Below, piece by piece: positions 37,718 through 47,773 of a stretch of DNA of 64,000 nucleotides. Location of the stretch: contig CAYQOX010000004.1 in NCBI GenBank assembly GCA_964419335.1, positions 31,310 through 95,309 on the forward strand, read 5' to 3'. The stretch is from an uncultured bacterium. Its GTDB lineage: Bacteria > Hinthialibacterota > Hinthialibacteria > Hinthialibacterales > Hinthialibacteraceae. The position numbers were made by a program, and so were the translations under genes. The notes below the pieces were generated by a model. That model worked only from the letters and a program-made list of their open reading frames with translations, did not search any database and was not told the origin of the DNA. Each line of letters begins with the position of its first letter. Within the stretch, counting starts at the first letter, position 1.

Positions 37718-40387
37718 CTAGTCCATCATGCGCGAAGAAAGCATTTCATGAACTTCACGTTGATAATGTTGAAACTCATCTTGTGATTCAGATGAACTTT
37801 CGGTAGGTTCTGTTCCTTTGATAAAAGGAATCCTCTGAGTATCTTTCTTATTTTCAGAAGCAAGCTTCCCGGTTTTAGGATCAATATCCTCAAAAACAAT
37901 ATTGGAGGGTGGAGAAATTTCACCAAATAATTCGGGATGCGTCTCATAGGCCTTTTGCATAAAATCCATCCAGACGGGTAGAGCCACTTTCGAACCCGTC
38001 ATTTTTCTACCCAAGGATTGCCCAAACGTATCATACCCAAGATAAACAATACATAGTAAATCCTTCGTATAACCCGCAAACCAGGCATAGACACAATCAT
38101 CCGTCGTCCCTGTTTTCCCCACACACCAGAAGGGTAACTCGGTTGCGTCTTGGGCAGTTCCTTCCTCCACAACTCCACGCAGCATATGTGTTGTAAGATA
38201 GGCATTTTCAGGGGAGAGACGATGTACAGGATAAGAAGGGGGATCGAACTCATAAAGCAAAGTTGGAGTATCTCGATGCGCCTCGCGTCGTTGATAGACT
38301 TTTTCTACCATATGTAAGGGGATAAAATCGCCTCCATTGGCCAACACCGAATAGGCCTGAGCCAACTGTATCGGAGTGACACCCGCTGTACCCAAGGCAA
38401 TCGATAAATTCGATTCATCAATAGGTAATTCAAAGGTATAGCGGCAGAAATTACGCAAATGCTGAATCCCTTCGCTGCGGCTTCCCATGTAGTTATCCAA
38501 GAGCCACACGCTGGCCGCATTCATGGAATGAATCAAAGCATTCCGCAGCATCACTCGACCATAATATTCACCTTCGAAGTTCCTAGGTGTCCATCCCCGC
38601 CAAAATTCTTTTTTCTCATCTTTAACCATAGAAGCCAGCGTCCAATTTTGATCGGGAGCAGCCAGCGCGGCGGTATAGAGTAAAGGTTTGAAAGCACTCC
38701 CAGGTTGGACCGTGACCGCTTGCATAGCGCGATTAAATTGTCCCCCATGCGTATTATCATTGTAATCATACCCTCCCATCATAGCCAACACTTTTCCTGT
38801 AGAAGGTTGGACTGCGATTAATGCACCCTGGACATACTGATCCTCGGCGACCCTCAGGTGAATTTCACCGTCTTCTTCAACGGCCAAGGTGCGGAGAAAA
38901 AACCCTTCCTTTAACAATCCAAATTCATCGTACCAAGTCTCTTGCAAATCTACCTTCATAGGAAGAGGATTTTCTCCCCCGTTCACATTCAACAATTTAA
39001 CCTCGATGGTCCCTGTTTCTTCATCAAAATCGGACACCGCTTTGGCATCATAGACCCCACCTGCTTGGAGGGTATTTGGACTGTTATAATTCGCCCATCG
39101 ATAAGAAGAATGTCCCCAGTTTTTTCCTCCAAATTCTCTACGGCGCCGTTCATGTTTTTCGATTCCTTCTCGCAGACTCGACTCGGCGGCTTCTTGCAAC
39201 GCGACATCCATGGTGGTATGGATATCAATTCCTTGTCCATAAAGTTCAATCGGCATTCCGTTGAAATCGTCAAATTTGTTGCTGACAAACTGTCGCCGTA
39301 CCGCAGAAGAAAAGTAGGGATACCGGGCAATCTGGGGACGTCGTACACTGCGTGACCTAACTTCAAACGGCTCGGTAACCGCATGATCAAATTCTTCTTG
39401 GGTAATCACTCCTTCGCGCCTCATGACTTTGAGCACCACTTCGGTGCGTTTTTGGGCTTGCTCAGGTTTACGTACCGGTGAATAAGCATTCGGACGTTGC
39501 AACATCCCCGCAAACAATGCACATTCTTTCAATGATAAATCGGAAATATGTTTCCCAAAATAAAATTCGGCTGCATTGGCCACCCCATAAATATTCCCAC
39601 CCAGAAAGACTTGATTTAAATAGATTTCCAATATTTCGTCTTTGGTGTAGCGTTTCTCGATTTGTAAAGCAAGCAGTACTTCGAAGATTTTCTGGGTAAA
39701 GGTCTTTAATCCGGTTTGCGGCAGCTGATAGGGGAGATGATCATTGAGGATTAAATCCTCTGCTAATTGCATCGTGATGGTGCTTCCTCCCTGCTCTCGT
39801 CTGCCAGTGCGAAGATCATGATAAGCAGCGCGTATAAACGCACGGGGACTAATGCCGAAATGCTTATAGAAACGAATATCTTCCAAGGTAATGACAGCAT
39901 CAATTAAATCCTTGGGCATTTCAGCCAGGGGCACCATTTCCCGGTTTTGTCTTTGGTTAAAAAAATCCGCGATTAATTCATTCTGCTCATCCCCTGAAAA
40001 CATGCGCGAAGGCATCCAAGGACTATAATCTTCCAAATAGGGTATCGTGGGTAATTGATCTAAATAAATATTAAGGATTCCGATGCCAACACCCGCAGTG
40101 GTTCCCGCCAACAGAGAGAAAAGACAAAGCATCAACGCCAGCGGCTTCCAGAACGACCGTTTTTTTCTCTCTTTGGCATTAGCCCCATAAGCGGTATCTT
40201 CTACGGATTTATCTTCTGAAGAGTTGGCTTGGTTCATCATGGAAATATCAGGTAAATCATGTTCAAAGCCATACGGTGAATCCTGAGTACGCTTCTTCTG
40301 CTTCTTGGCCAATTTTTTTTGGATATTTTCCAACTCGCTTTTTAAAGGCGGCAATTTTGATTTGGATTCTGATTTATTCTTTTTCAT
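37718..40387 (-). CDS. Class A penicillin-binding protein (PBP1A-type transglycosylase/transpeptidase) with an extended N-terminal cytoplasmic tail
   Basis: The glycosyltransferase motifs are EDIRFYKHFG and GGSTITMQLA. The transpeptidase motifs are GSAFKP (SxxK), HSMN (SxN) and KTGTT. A TM segment lies at about aa 80-105. Confidence 0.85.
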   Translation of the reverse strand: MKKNKSESKSKLPPLKSELENIQKKLAKKQKKRTQDSPYGFEHDLPDISMMNQANSSEDKSVEDTAYGANAKERKKRSFWKPLALMLCLFSLLAGTTAGVGIGILNIYLDQLPTIPYLEDYSPWMPSRMFSGDEQNELIADFFNQRQNREMVPLAEMPKDLIDAVITLEDIRFYKHFGISPRAFIRAAYHDLRTGRREQGGSTITMQLAEDLILNDHLPYQLPQTGLKTFTQKIFEVLLALQIEKRYTKDEILEIYLNQVFLGGNIYGVANAAEFYFGKHISDLSLKECALFAGMLQRPNAYSPVRKPEQAQKRTEVVLKVMRREGVITQEEFDHAVTEPFEVRSRSVRRPQIARYPYFSSAVRRQFVSNKFDDFNGMPIELYGQGIDIHTTMDVALQEAAESSLREGIEKHERRRREFGGKNWGHSSYRWANYNSPNTLQAGGVYDAKAVSDFDEETGTIEVKLLNVNGGENPLPMKVDLQETWYDEFGLLKEGFFLRTLAVEEDGEIHLRVAEDQYVQGALIAVQPSTGKVLAMMGGYDYNDNTHGGQFNRAMQAVTVQPGSAFKPLLYTAALAAPDQNWTLASMVKDEKKEFWRGWTPRNFEGEYYGRVMLRNALIHSMNAASVWLLDNYMGSRSEGIQHLRNFCRYTFELPIDESNLSIALGTAGVTPIQLAQAYSVLANGGDFIPLHMVEKVYQRREAHRDTPTLLYEFDPPSYPVHRLSPENAYLTTHMLRGVVEEGTAQDATELPFWCVGKTGTTDDCVYAWFAGYTKDLLCIVYLGYDTFGQSLGRKMTGSKVALPVWMDFMQKAYETHPELFGEISPPSNIVFEDIDPKTGKLASENKKDTQRIPFIKGTEPTESSSESQDEFQHYQREVHEMLSSRMMD

Positions 40388-40461
40388 ACGTTTTAACGCC
40401 AGCGATCAAAGATAATTATTGGTAAAGATTATACCATAAAATCATGTACTTTAGAAAACAG

Positions 40462-41427
40462 TTATGCCATCTGTAAAATGACTTTCTTGCTTCCTTTTTC
40501 CTTTGCTTTTTCCCAGGCTTTCTCTGCTTCTTCGATAGAATAGATACTTTCGATAAGCCGTTCGACAGGAACCGCACGTTTGGCTAGCATCTTTAACGCA
40601 GGTTGAAATCGTCCGCAACGCGAGCCCACGACCGTCACTTCATCAATTACCGCTGGAGTCAGATCCACCGCTTCGGCTTTTGCCATGGTGCTCTTCAAAA
40701 CAATCACACCTCGTGGTCGCACTAACTGCATCGCGTTGATAAGCCCCTGAGTTTTTCCAGTGGCATCGACCACATAATCCCATTGTTTAAAGTGTTCTTT
40801 TGGCAATTCACTTTCAGTCACAATTTCGGCCTTATCTGCCGCTAACTCTAATTTATCACGATGATGTCCCACCAGCATTAACTCACCCTGATGACGACCG
40901 GCAAACGCAAAAAGGCACATCAATCCCAGTTTTCCATCCCCCAGCACACATACTCGCTCATGAGGTTGAACCTGGCATTGCTCAAAAATCTCCAAGGCGG
41001 CGGCCAAGGGTTCAGTAAAAACCGCTTCTTCATCAGGGATCGCCTCGGGTACAGAAAAGAGATTTCTATGCGGCAGGGTAACATACTCCGCCATACATCC
41101 ATCGCGTCCCAGGATACCCAACACCGTGCGATTGGGACAATGGCGTTCCATATCACTCTTGCACCAGCGACAAGTACCGCATCCAGCGTTAATCTCGCCA
41201 ACAACACGGGTTCCCTTCAAACCCGCGGGGCTGTTCTCTGCCAATTCCCCTACAAACTCATGTCCCAACACGCCTTCGTATCCCATATAACCTTGTGTTA
41301 ACTCTAAATCCGTTTGGCAAATACCGGCCATTCGGACTTGGATTAACGACTCACTTTCTTTCCCTTCCGGTTCAGGATAATTTGTATCCAAGGCTAAGCC
41401 TGTTGATCTAACGACGAGTGCTTTCAT
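40462..41427 (-). CDS. Zinc-dependent medium-chain alcohol/polyol dehydrogenase
   Basis: It has GHEFVGEL, a structural-zinc Cys cluster (CGTCRWC...C) and a GxGxxG cofactor fold. Confidence 0.7.
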   Translation of the reverse strand: MKALVVRSTGLALDTNYPEPEGKESESLIQVRMAGICQTDLELTQGYMGYEGVLGHEFVGELAENSPAGLKGTRVVGEINAGCGTCRWCKSDMERHCPNRTVLGILGRDGCMAEYVTLPHRNLFSVPEAIPDEEAVFTEPLAAALEIFEQCQVQPHERVCVLGDGKLGLMCLFAFAGRHQGELMLVGHHRDKLELAADKAEIVTESELPKEHFKQWDYVVDATGKTQGLINAMQLVRPRGVIVLKSTMAKAEAVDLTPAVIDEVTVVGSRCGRFQPALKMLAKRAVPVERLIESIYSIEEAEKAWEKAKEKGSKKVILQMA

Positions 41428-41585
41428 GAGACCATTCCATTCCTACTTTGATTAACGTTTGGTTGACTATTAGGTTATGATGCGTGAAATTCTGATCAAG
41501 TCATCACATGGTTAAAAATAACAATCCGCCCGTCGTCTCGTATATCAATAATAGACAAACGGGCGGAGGGAATAAATATAGTCTC

Positions 41586-42851
41586 TTAAGCAGGAATAAT
41601 CTCGCGTTTGATAGGATCGAACATCATCATTCGACGTTCTACACAAGCGCGATCTCCTAAAATCACGGCGACTCCTTGTTTGTAACCTTTATCCATGTCT
41701 GCATTAGGCTGTTCCCGATCACGTATACATTTTAGCCAATTCACCATATGATCATCTTGTTCAATATCTTCAACCTCGGTACCTTCTTTCACTTTATTGG
41801 GATGCTCGCTGCCCTCACCGGACACCCGCGGATTAATCCCTAGCCGATCATTACCATCGGGCATATCGATGCTCATGGTGCCTTGGCTGCCAAAAAACAT
41901 CGTATAGTCATTGGCTGCGTTCCCAAAATGGGTGGTGTAAGAAGTCACAAATCCCTCTGGATACTCTAAAATGACTGTGGTGGTATCGGGTGCGGTACGT
42001 TGCGATTCAGAAGTCGGTGAAAAAATCCCTGCATGTCCAACCGCAAAGCGTGGAAAATCGCATTCCAAACAATAATGAATAAAATCGCTGAAATGACTCA
42101 TCCATCCCCCAACGGTGCCGTTGGTAAAATCTAAATACCCCATCCAAGCCCCATGTTGATCTTGATTAAAAGGACGATAATTTCGATTATACAAAAACTC
42201 CCGCCAGCGGGTTTGCTTCTCACTCTCGGGACCTTGGTAATGATTCCAATAAGGCAGGTAATGACTACGGCTTTCCTCCACACGCAGAATCTTGCCTAAT
42301 TGTCCCGATTGTAAAAACGCTTTTGTCCCTGCCGCTCCTTGGCTGCTGCGTCCTTGGGTTCCATGCTGAACCACGCAATCGGAGGCTTTCACGACATCAT
42401 AGGTTTGGTTCAATATCTCCAAATCCAGGGCGATCGGTTTTTCCACATAGGCATCTTTTCCAGCCCGTACTGCATCTATTAAATGAGGGCAATGCAAATG
42501 ATCAGGTGTAGCGATAACAACCGCGTCAACCTCAGGATCCTCCAGAAGCGCTTGATGATCACGATAGATTGTGGGCTGGAGTTCGAATCGCTGTTCCACA
42601 AAATTGGCCGCCGATTCAACTTTGTCTTTCCACACATCGCATACCGCTACGATTTCTACAGGAACTTCTTGAGAAGCGCGGTGAATCCATCCCATATGGA
42701 AACTGCCTCGCCCCCCACATCCTATAATCCCAACTCGTATTTTTTCATTCGCACTATATACCCGCTTAGGCTGTAGTTGGCTCCATACCGCGGCTGAACT
42801 CACCGCCGCGCCGGTTTTGATAAAATCTCTGCGATTGGGTTTATGATTCAT
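41586..42851 (-). CDS. Gfo/Idh/MocA family oxidoreductase with Tat signal peptide
   Basis: It has a Tat leader (NRRDFIKTGAAVSSAAVWS). The GFO motifs are present. Confidence 0.8.
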   Translation of the reverse strand: MNHKPNRRDFIKTGAAVSSAAVWSQLQPKRVYSANEKIRVGIIGCGGRGSFHMGWIHRASQEVPVEIVAVCDVWKDKVESAANFVEQRFELQPTIYRDHQALLEDPEVDAVVIATPDHLHCPHLIDAVRAGKDAYVEKPIALDLEILNQTYDVVKASDCVVQHGTQGRSSQGAAGTKAFLQSGQLGKILRVEESRSHYLPYWNHYQGPESEKQTRWREFLYNRNYRPFNQDQHGAWMGYLDFTNGTVGGWMSHFSDFIHYCLECDFPRFAVGHAGIFSPTSESQRTAPDTTTVILEYPEGFVTSYTTHFGNAANDYTMFFGSQGTMSIDMPDGNDRLGINPRVSGEGSEHPNKVKEGTEVEDIEQDDHMVNWLKCIRDREQPNADMDKGYKQGVAVILGDRACVERRMMMFDPIKREIIPA

Positions 42852-42865
42852 GATTCACCTCTGTA

Positions 42866-43696
42866 TTAAATCAAATTGTTTAGATGTTCTAAACTTTTCT
42901 GCGCTTGCTCAATGGTCCCACACTCTACCGAAAGCACCAAATCCCGGTTTAAAGGTTTCAATAGGTCTACCACTTTTTTCCAGTCAATCACACCTTCGCC
43001 GCAGGCAACTCCAACTGGAACCCCAGTCACCTTTCCTCGCTCTTCTAATTGCACTCCACCAATGTCTTTAGCATGCACATGAATCAGGCGATCCTTCAAT
43101 TTCTCCAACTTCATATAAGGATCAATTCCGGAAATATACGCATTCCCGGTATCATAATTAATTTGCAAATAAGGGGAATCAACTAAATTCGCAATCCGTA
43201 ACAGCCCTTCAATTTCCTTGGAATAAATCTGATGATTTTCCACTCCTACATAAATGCCATATCGTTCCGCTGTCTTCATAACCTGCGTCAGCGTGTATTT
43301 CATCATTTGAAACGCGGTTTCATCATCCATCCAATCGGGTTTTACCCCTTCATCGGTATTGACGACCGAAGTCCCTACATCCGAAGCAAAACGAATCGCC
43401 CGTTGTAAATATGGAACACTAATCTCGGGTCGCATTAAGGGGCAATGGGCTGAGAGTCCAGAGATTTGCACGCCATGTTTGTCACAAATTTCCTTCATTA
43501 GAAGAGGGTCTTCTTCCATACTAAATGAATGAAAATACCCGGCTTCACTGAGCAATTCCCGCCCGTTATGTACCATCGGCTCAACGTACTCATAACCAAT
43601 TTCCGCTGCGATTTTAACCCCTTCAGCAAAGGATTTATCATGGCTACGAACGAATTCCATATTAATTCCAGCATATAATGTACCCATTCTTTTCAT
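42866..43696 (-). CDS. Sugar phosphate isomerase/epimerase (xylose-isomerase-like TIM barrel)
   Basis: It is 276 aa with an AP-endonuclease-2/xylose-isomerase-like pattern (HVHAKD, VENH). It lies 14 nt downstream of the GFO gene. Confidence 0.65.
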   Translation of the reverse strand: MKRMGTLYAGINMEFVRSHDKSFAEGVKIAAEIGYEYVEPMVHNGRELLSEAGYFHSFSMEEDPLLMKEICDKHGVQISGLSAHCPLMRPEISVPYLQRAIRFASDVGTSVVNTDEGVKPDWMDDETAFQMMKYTLTQVMKTAERYGIYVGVENHQIYSKEIEGLLRIANLVDSPYLQINYDTGNAYISGIDPYMKLEKLKDRLIHVHAKDIGGVQLEERGKVTGVPVGVACGEGVIDWKKVVDLLKPLNRDLVLSVECGTIEQAQKSLEHLNNLI

Positions 43697-43774
43697 CCTC
43701 CAAATCGTTTAGACCTATTTTTCACTCTTTCATCCCATCATACACTATGCCTAGGTGGAAAGGAAAGTCATGTC

Positions 43775-44320
43775 ATGCTCGAATATGCTTTAGTTTTAGG
43801 GATATGTATTTTGGGAAGTATCATCATGCAGGCCATGGGTTGGCCAACCGCCTTGTGGATGCTATGCATCATTGTCCTCACTCTTCCCACTCTTTATGCT
43901 GCTTACGCAGGAGCGCCCTATGTTCCCACGGATCCAAAGACGGTTCAATCCATGATTCAATTAGCAGAAATTGTCCCTGGAGAGCGGGTAATCGATCTAG
44001 GTTGTGGTGATGGAAGATTGATCCAAGCCGCCCAAGCAGCGGGAGCGAAAGCGAAGGGATATGAGGTCTCACTCTATCTTTTTATTCTCGGCCGCTTTAT
44101 AAAAAATTTGGATGTACGTTTCAAAGATTTATGGAAAGTCGATGTGTCGGAAGCTGATGTTATTTTTTGTTATTTAAACCCACGCACTCTTGCCCGCTTC
44201 GAACAAGAACTATGGCCACAATGCAAACCAGGATGCCGAGTGATCCTTAACACCTTCGCCTTGCCCCACGTTAACCCTACTAAGAAGGTCGGCACAATTT
44301 ATCGATACGATAAAACCTAA
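43775..44320 (+). CDS. Small class I SAM-dependent methyltransferase with N-terminal TM helices
   Basis: It has motif I (VIDLGCGDGRL). Two hydrophobic segments lie at the N-terminus. Confidence 0.6.
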   Translation: MLEYALVLGICILGSIIMQAMGWPTALWMLCIIVLTLPTLYAAYAGAPYVPTDPKTVQSMIQLAEIVPGERVIDLGCGDGRLIQAAQAAGAKAKGYEVSLYLFILGRFIKNLDVRFKDLWKVDVSEADVIFCYLNPRTLARFEQELWPQCKPGCRVILNTFALPHVNPTKKVGTIYRYDKT

Positions 44321-44383
44321 GTTCACATGAAAAAAGCCTTCCTTACGAATGGAAGGCTCTTCCAATACGAAAAAAGAGAACAA

Positions 44384-44608
44384 TTAGGACAAAATCCCTT
44401 CAATTTCTTCAAAAACTTGTTCATCCGTAAAGAGATTTTGACGAGCTGCCCCTGAAGGACAAGCCGCTACACATGTTCCACAACCTTTACATAAAGCCTC
44501 ATCGATGACGGAAATCTTTTTCTCCGATTCATCAGATATAGCATCATATGGACACACCGAAACACAAGTTCTACATCCACTACAATGATCTTCTACAATA
44601 TAGGCCGT
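44384..44608 (-). pseudogene. 2x[4Fe-4S] ferredoxin ORF lacking a canonical start codon (ACG where ATG is expected)
   Basis: The minus-strand translation is TAYIVEDHCSGCRTCVSVCPYD...ALCKGCGTCVAACPSG..., with a stop at 44384-44386. The stop-to-stop frame 44387-44641 has no ATG, GTG or TTG. The ferredoxin-typical MAYI start is encoded as ACG-GCC-TAT. Confidence 0.5.
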
Positions 44609-44721
44609 GTTCGGTTCCAGTTCAAACTGACCCTTCTTAACTCACCCTCTTTTTTGTCCAAACAATGGGGAGGGGGTCATCATTCGTAAATACTAGCAAA
44701 CATACAAAATCACTATTAACC

Positions 44722-46830
44722 TTAATAAACCATCCAATCAATGCTCGTATCGGTGGTGATTGAACCGCTCTGGGGTTCTGCGTCTTCAAGACCGTCTTGC
44801 GTATTTACGATGTGGATAGGGGCTTTACCTTGGCTGTCAGACTTAAGCCGAAAACGCAGATGCAGCAAGATTCCCGAATCCATGATAGCATTCCCATTTA
44901 AACGGGCGGCAGAAATACGCACCAAAGCCGGCTCGATCTCCTCTGCGCCTACTAAGCCGTAAGATTGCGACAAGGTGCCCTGTGTCTCCATTCCAAGATA
45001 GTCTAATTTCGTGCGGTCATATTCGACTTCAAGCATATAAGTTTCGATCTCTTTATCGGTTTGGAGAAAAACTGGGACGAGAACTTCCTCTTCCGGGGCC
45101 GCCGCAATCTCGCCTATGTCCAAGGTAAGTGCCGAAGCCGATCGTGTCGCGTAGGAATTTACTTTGCCGGATAGATCAATCCGTCCCAAGGAAGCTTCAA
45201 ATATGATTTGAACGTCAATTGGGGTTATACGAGAATCGCTGTTGACATCGGCCGCCCACCGTTGGTAATGGGTGAAAGTCCCCTTATTCAAAGTCATATC
45301 AAAAGCCGTTTGTACATCCATGGGGCTAACTTCACCATTTCCATCAATATCGCCTTTGAACCCGACTGCGATCCGTATCGGGCTTGTGGAATGGCCTTCC
45401 AACCCATCGGAAAGATTCGAAAGCGTAATATCCAAGGAATTCCCTGAGGTGATTTCCTCGTTGACTTCGAATGAGACAAACAGCAAGAAGCCCGTACCCG
45501 AGGCTTCTCCTCCAGCTAACGCTACCGCTGAAACGTTGATTTTCCCCTCGGCATATTCATAGCCATCCGCCAACCCCCAATCAGAGATAAGGCTATTACT
45601 GATAGAGACCTCGTTGATATAAGTTAAGATCTCGGGATCATATTCTAAATTGAAACTAAATGCCTTTGTTGGCTCTAGATCCTGAACCCGTATTGGCACC
45701 AACACGGTTTCACCGGGTTGGCTTCCCATCGAGCCACCGCCGAGTTTGGGGTCTTTAGGTTCCTCGCCAGGATCTTCACTTGGATAAAAATCGTTGAGAC
45801 TCCACATCATTACTCGGCCATCACGACTGGCGGTCATCAATCTGCGGCTAGTGGAGAAAAACTTCAGAGTATGAACTTTATCCGTATGACCCACAAGAGT
45901 GCGTAAGGGGGAGTCGTCCTCTTCAATATCCCATATTTTGACCTCTCCACCTTTATCTGCCGTCACCACCCATTTTTCATCAGGGGAGATCGCCACCGCC
46001 GTGATCCCTGCGGTGTGAGATTGGAAGGTCATGTCAGGCTGAGGGTCTTCTCCATTAGGTTCTTCAGGTACCTCCCATAACATCGCGCTCCGATCATCGC
46101 TGCCGGTAATAAAGTACTGCCCATCCGAAGAAAAAGCCACAGCATTAACAGAGGCATTGTGGGCTTTAAAGCGCTGTATGGGCGCCTGGCTTTCTGTAGA
46201 CCAGAGGATGGCCTCCCGATCATTGCTAACAGTAACAAAAACATCCCCCTGAGGAGAGGCCGCAACATTTTTTACATCCGAACGATGGCCAAAATAGGTT
46301 TGCAGCAATTCCTCGCCTTCTAAGTCCCACAATTTCGAAGTGTTATCCAAACTGGCGGTAACAGCAGTGCTACCATCGGGTAAAAAAGCAGCCGCAGCAA
46401 TATGCGAGAGATGGCCTGTGAGCGAAGTGACTTCCTCGCCTGTTTCCGTATACCAGAGACGTAAATTCTGCCCTGCTCCCCCGGTTAATAATTGATAGCC
46501 ATCCGGGGAAAAAGCAACGGTTTTCACGGTATCGGTGTGTCCTTTGTACCATTGCAAAGGCTCGCTGGTGTCGGAAACCTCCCATAGGATCGCACCGATA
46601 TCACCTCCCGTGACGATAAAGGCTCCGTCGTTCGACCAGTCGGCCGCTTCAAGCCGCCCCAAACCACGAATGATTTTGGTCGGAGTATTATCGATAGGAT
46701 CAATGTCTAATTCCTCTTCTTCCTGCGCCAGAGCCCAGGGAAGAATGATGAACAGGAAAAAGAGGCTTATTAGCCAACGTATAGATATTCTATTATGGAT
46801 AGTATTATCCTCATTCAAGTTTGTGATCAT
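44722..46830 (-). CDS. Secreted WD40 beta-propeller protein with C-terminal cohesin - dockerin - cohesin-like modules
   Basis: It has a signal peptide (LISLFFLFIILPWALAQ). There are at least 7 WD40-like repeats (GHTDTVKTVAFSPDG, WD/LW dipeptides). There is a paired dockerin-type Ca loop (DIDGNGEVSPMDV, DVNSDSRITPIDV). Cohesin-like beta-sandwich segments flank it. Confidence 0.65.
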   Translation of the reverse strand: MITNLNEDNTIHNRISIRWLISLFFLFIILPWALAQEEEELDIDPIDNTPTKIIRGLGRLEAADWSNDGAFIVTGGDIGAILWEVSDTSEPLQWYKGHTDTVKTVAFSPDGYQLLTGGAGQNLRLWYTETGEEVTSLTGHLSHIAAAAFLPDGSTAVTASLDNTSKLWDLEGEELLQTYFGHRSDVKNVAASPQGDVFVTVSNDREAILWSTESQAPIQRFKAHNASVNAVAFSSDGQYFITGSDDRSAMLWEVPEEPNGEDPQPDMTFQSHTAGITAVAISPDEKWVVTADKGGEVKIWDIEEDDSPLRTLVGHTDKVHTLKFFSTSRRLMTASRDGRVMMWSLNDFYPSEDPGEEPKDPKLGGGSMGSQPGETVLVPIRVQDLEPTKAFSFNLEYDPEILTYINEVSISNSLISDWGLADGYEYAEGKINVSAVALAGGEASGTGFLLFVSFEVNEEITSGNSLDITLSNLSDGLEGHSTSPIRIAVGFKGDIDGNGEVSPMDVQTAFDMTLNKGTFTHYQRWAADVNSDSRITPIDVQIIFEASLGRIDLSGKVNSYATRSASALTLDIGEIAAAPEEEVLVPVFLQTDKEIETYMLEVEYDRTKLDYLGMETQGTLSQSYGLVGAEEIEPALVRISAARLNGNAIMDSGILLHLRFRLKSDSQGKAPIHIVNTQDGLEDAEPQSGSITTDTSIDWMVY

Positions 46831-47039
46831 GATTAACCTCGCCCATAAAACGCGCGCAAAATAACCAAACGTGTTTTAATGAATTGTAATACTTTTTGAA
46901 TTGGACTTACAATACATTTCAAATCAAACCAAGAAGTATTAATACAATATCCCTGTTTAGTAGAAGTGACAAAAAAGAGATGTAAGAATTTGTAAGTTTA
47001 TTGCGGAGAGATATTTACTACTTGCACGGTTGTATTTCT

Positions 47040-47660
47040 TCAAGAGTCATTGGTTTGACGGTTTTCCGGTGGAAGTAATTCATCGATGGAGAAAATAGGG
47101 TCATAATCAACGCCGATTTCAGCGAAGGCTTCTCGCCCGCCCTGCTGACGATCTACCAGGGCAAACACTTTCACTACCTCAGCGTCTAGTTCGCGCAGCG
47201 TTTGTATCGCCTTAATGGCGGAACCACCTGTGGTTATGACATCGTCGACCACTGCCACCCGTTTCCCTTTTACTTCGGCTCCCTCGACCCTGTTTTGGGT
47301 ACCATGCTTTTTGGCTTCTTTACGTACCATAAAACACGGAAGGTTTTGCTCGGTGGTAAAACTGAGGTTTGCAACCCCTCCGCCAATGGGATCGGCACCC
47401 AATGTAGGCCCACCAAGGGCATCGAGATTTAGTTCTCGGCATCGTTCCAGCAAAAGCAAGGAGAAGTAAAACAGCCCTCTGGGATCGCATGTAGTTTTTT
47501 TGCCATCGATGTAATAGGTAGATTTTTTGCCCGAGGCAAGAATAAAAGGTTGATCCGGCGGCGCCAACCGCAGCGATTGATTGATGACAATTTGCTTTAA
47601 CAATTCGCGGATCATGCTCTCATCCACGTTAGGCGTAATTTTCTTTATTATTGAATCCAT
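47040..47660 (-). CDS. pyrE: Orotate phosphoribosyltransferase
   Basis: It has the PRTase motif VAVVDDVITTGGSA and a PyrE-like N-terminus (FILASGKKSTYYIDGK). Confidence 0.7.
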   Translation of the reverse strand: MDSIIKKITPNVDESMIRELLKQIVINQSLRLAPPDQPFILASGKKSTYYIDGKKTTCDPRGLFYFSLLLLERCRELNLDALGGPTLGADPIGGGVANLSFTTEQNLPCFMVRKEAKKHGTQNRVEGAEVKGKRVAVVDDVITTGGSAIKAIQTLRELDAEVVKVFALVDRQQGGREAFAEIGVDYDPIFSIDELLPPENRQTNDS

Positions 47661-47773
47661 TTAACTTACCTCATCAAATTTCCTAAAAGTTCAGGCTTTA
47701 TCTACTTGAGTTTTCCTGTCATACAACTGCTTTAAAACTAATTATTTCTACAAAAGTAGAGAAAAAATTATTG

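Noticed and set aside
44600-44700. Programmed -1 frameshift joining the upstream ATGATG frame to the ferredoxin frame
   Set aside because: The upstream frame encodes a nonsensical 29-aa peptide with no RBS. The ferredoxin frame has a stop codon between the only slippery A-run and the ferredoxin body. Start-codon loss or a base-call error is simpler.
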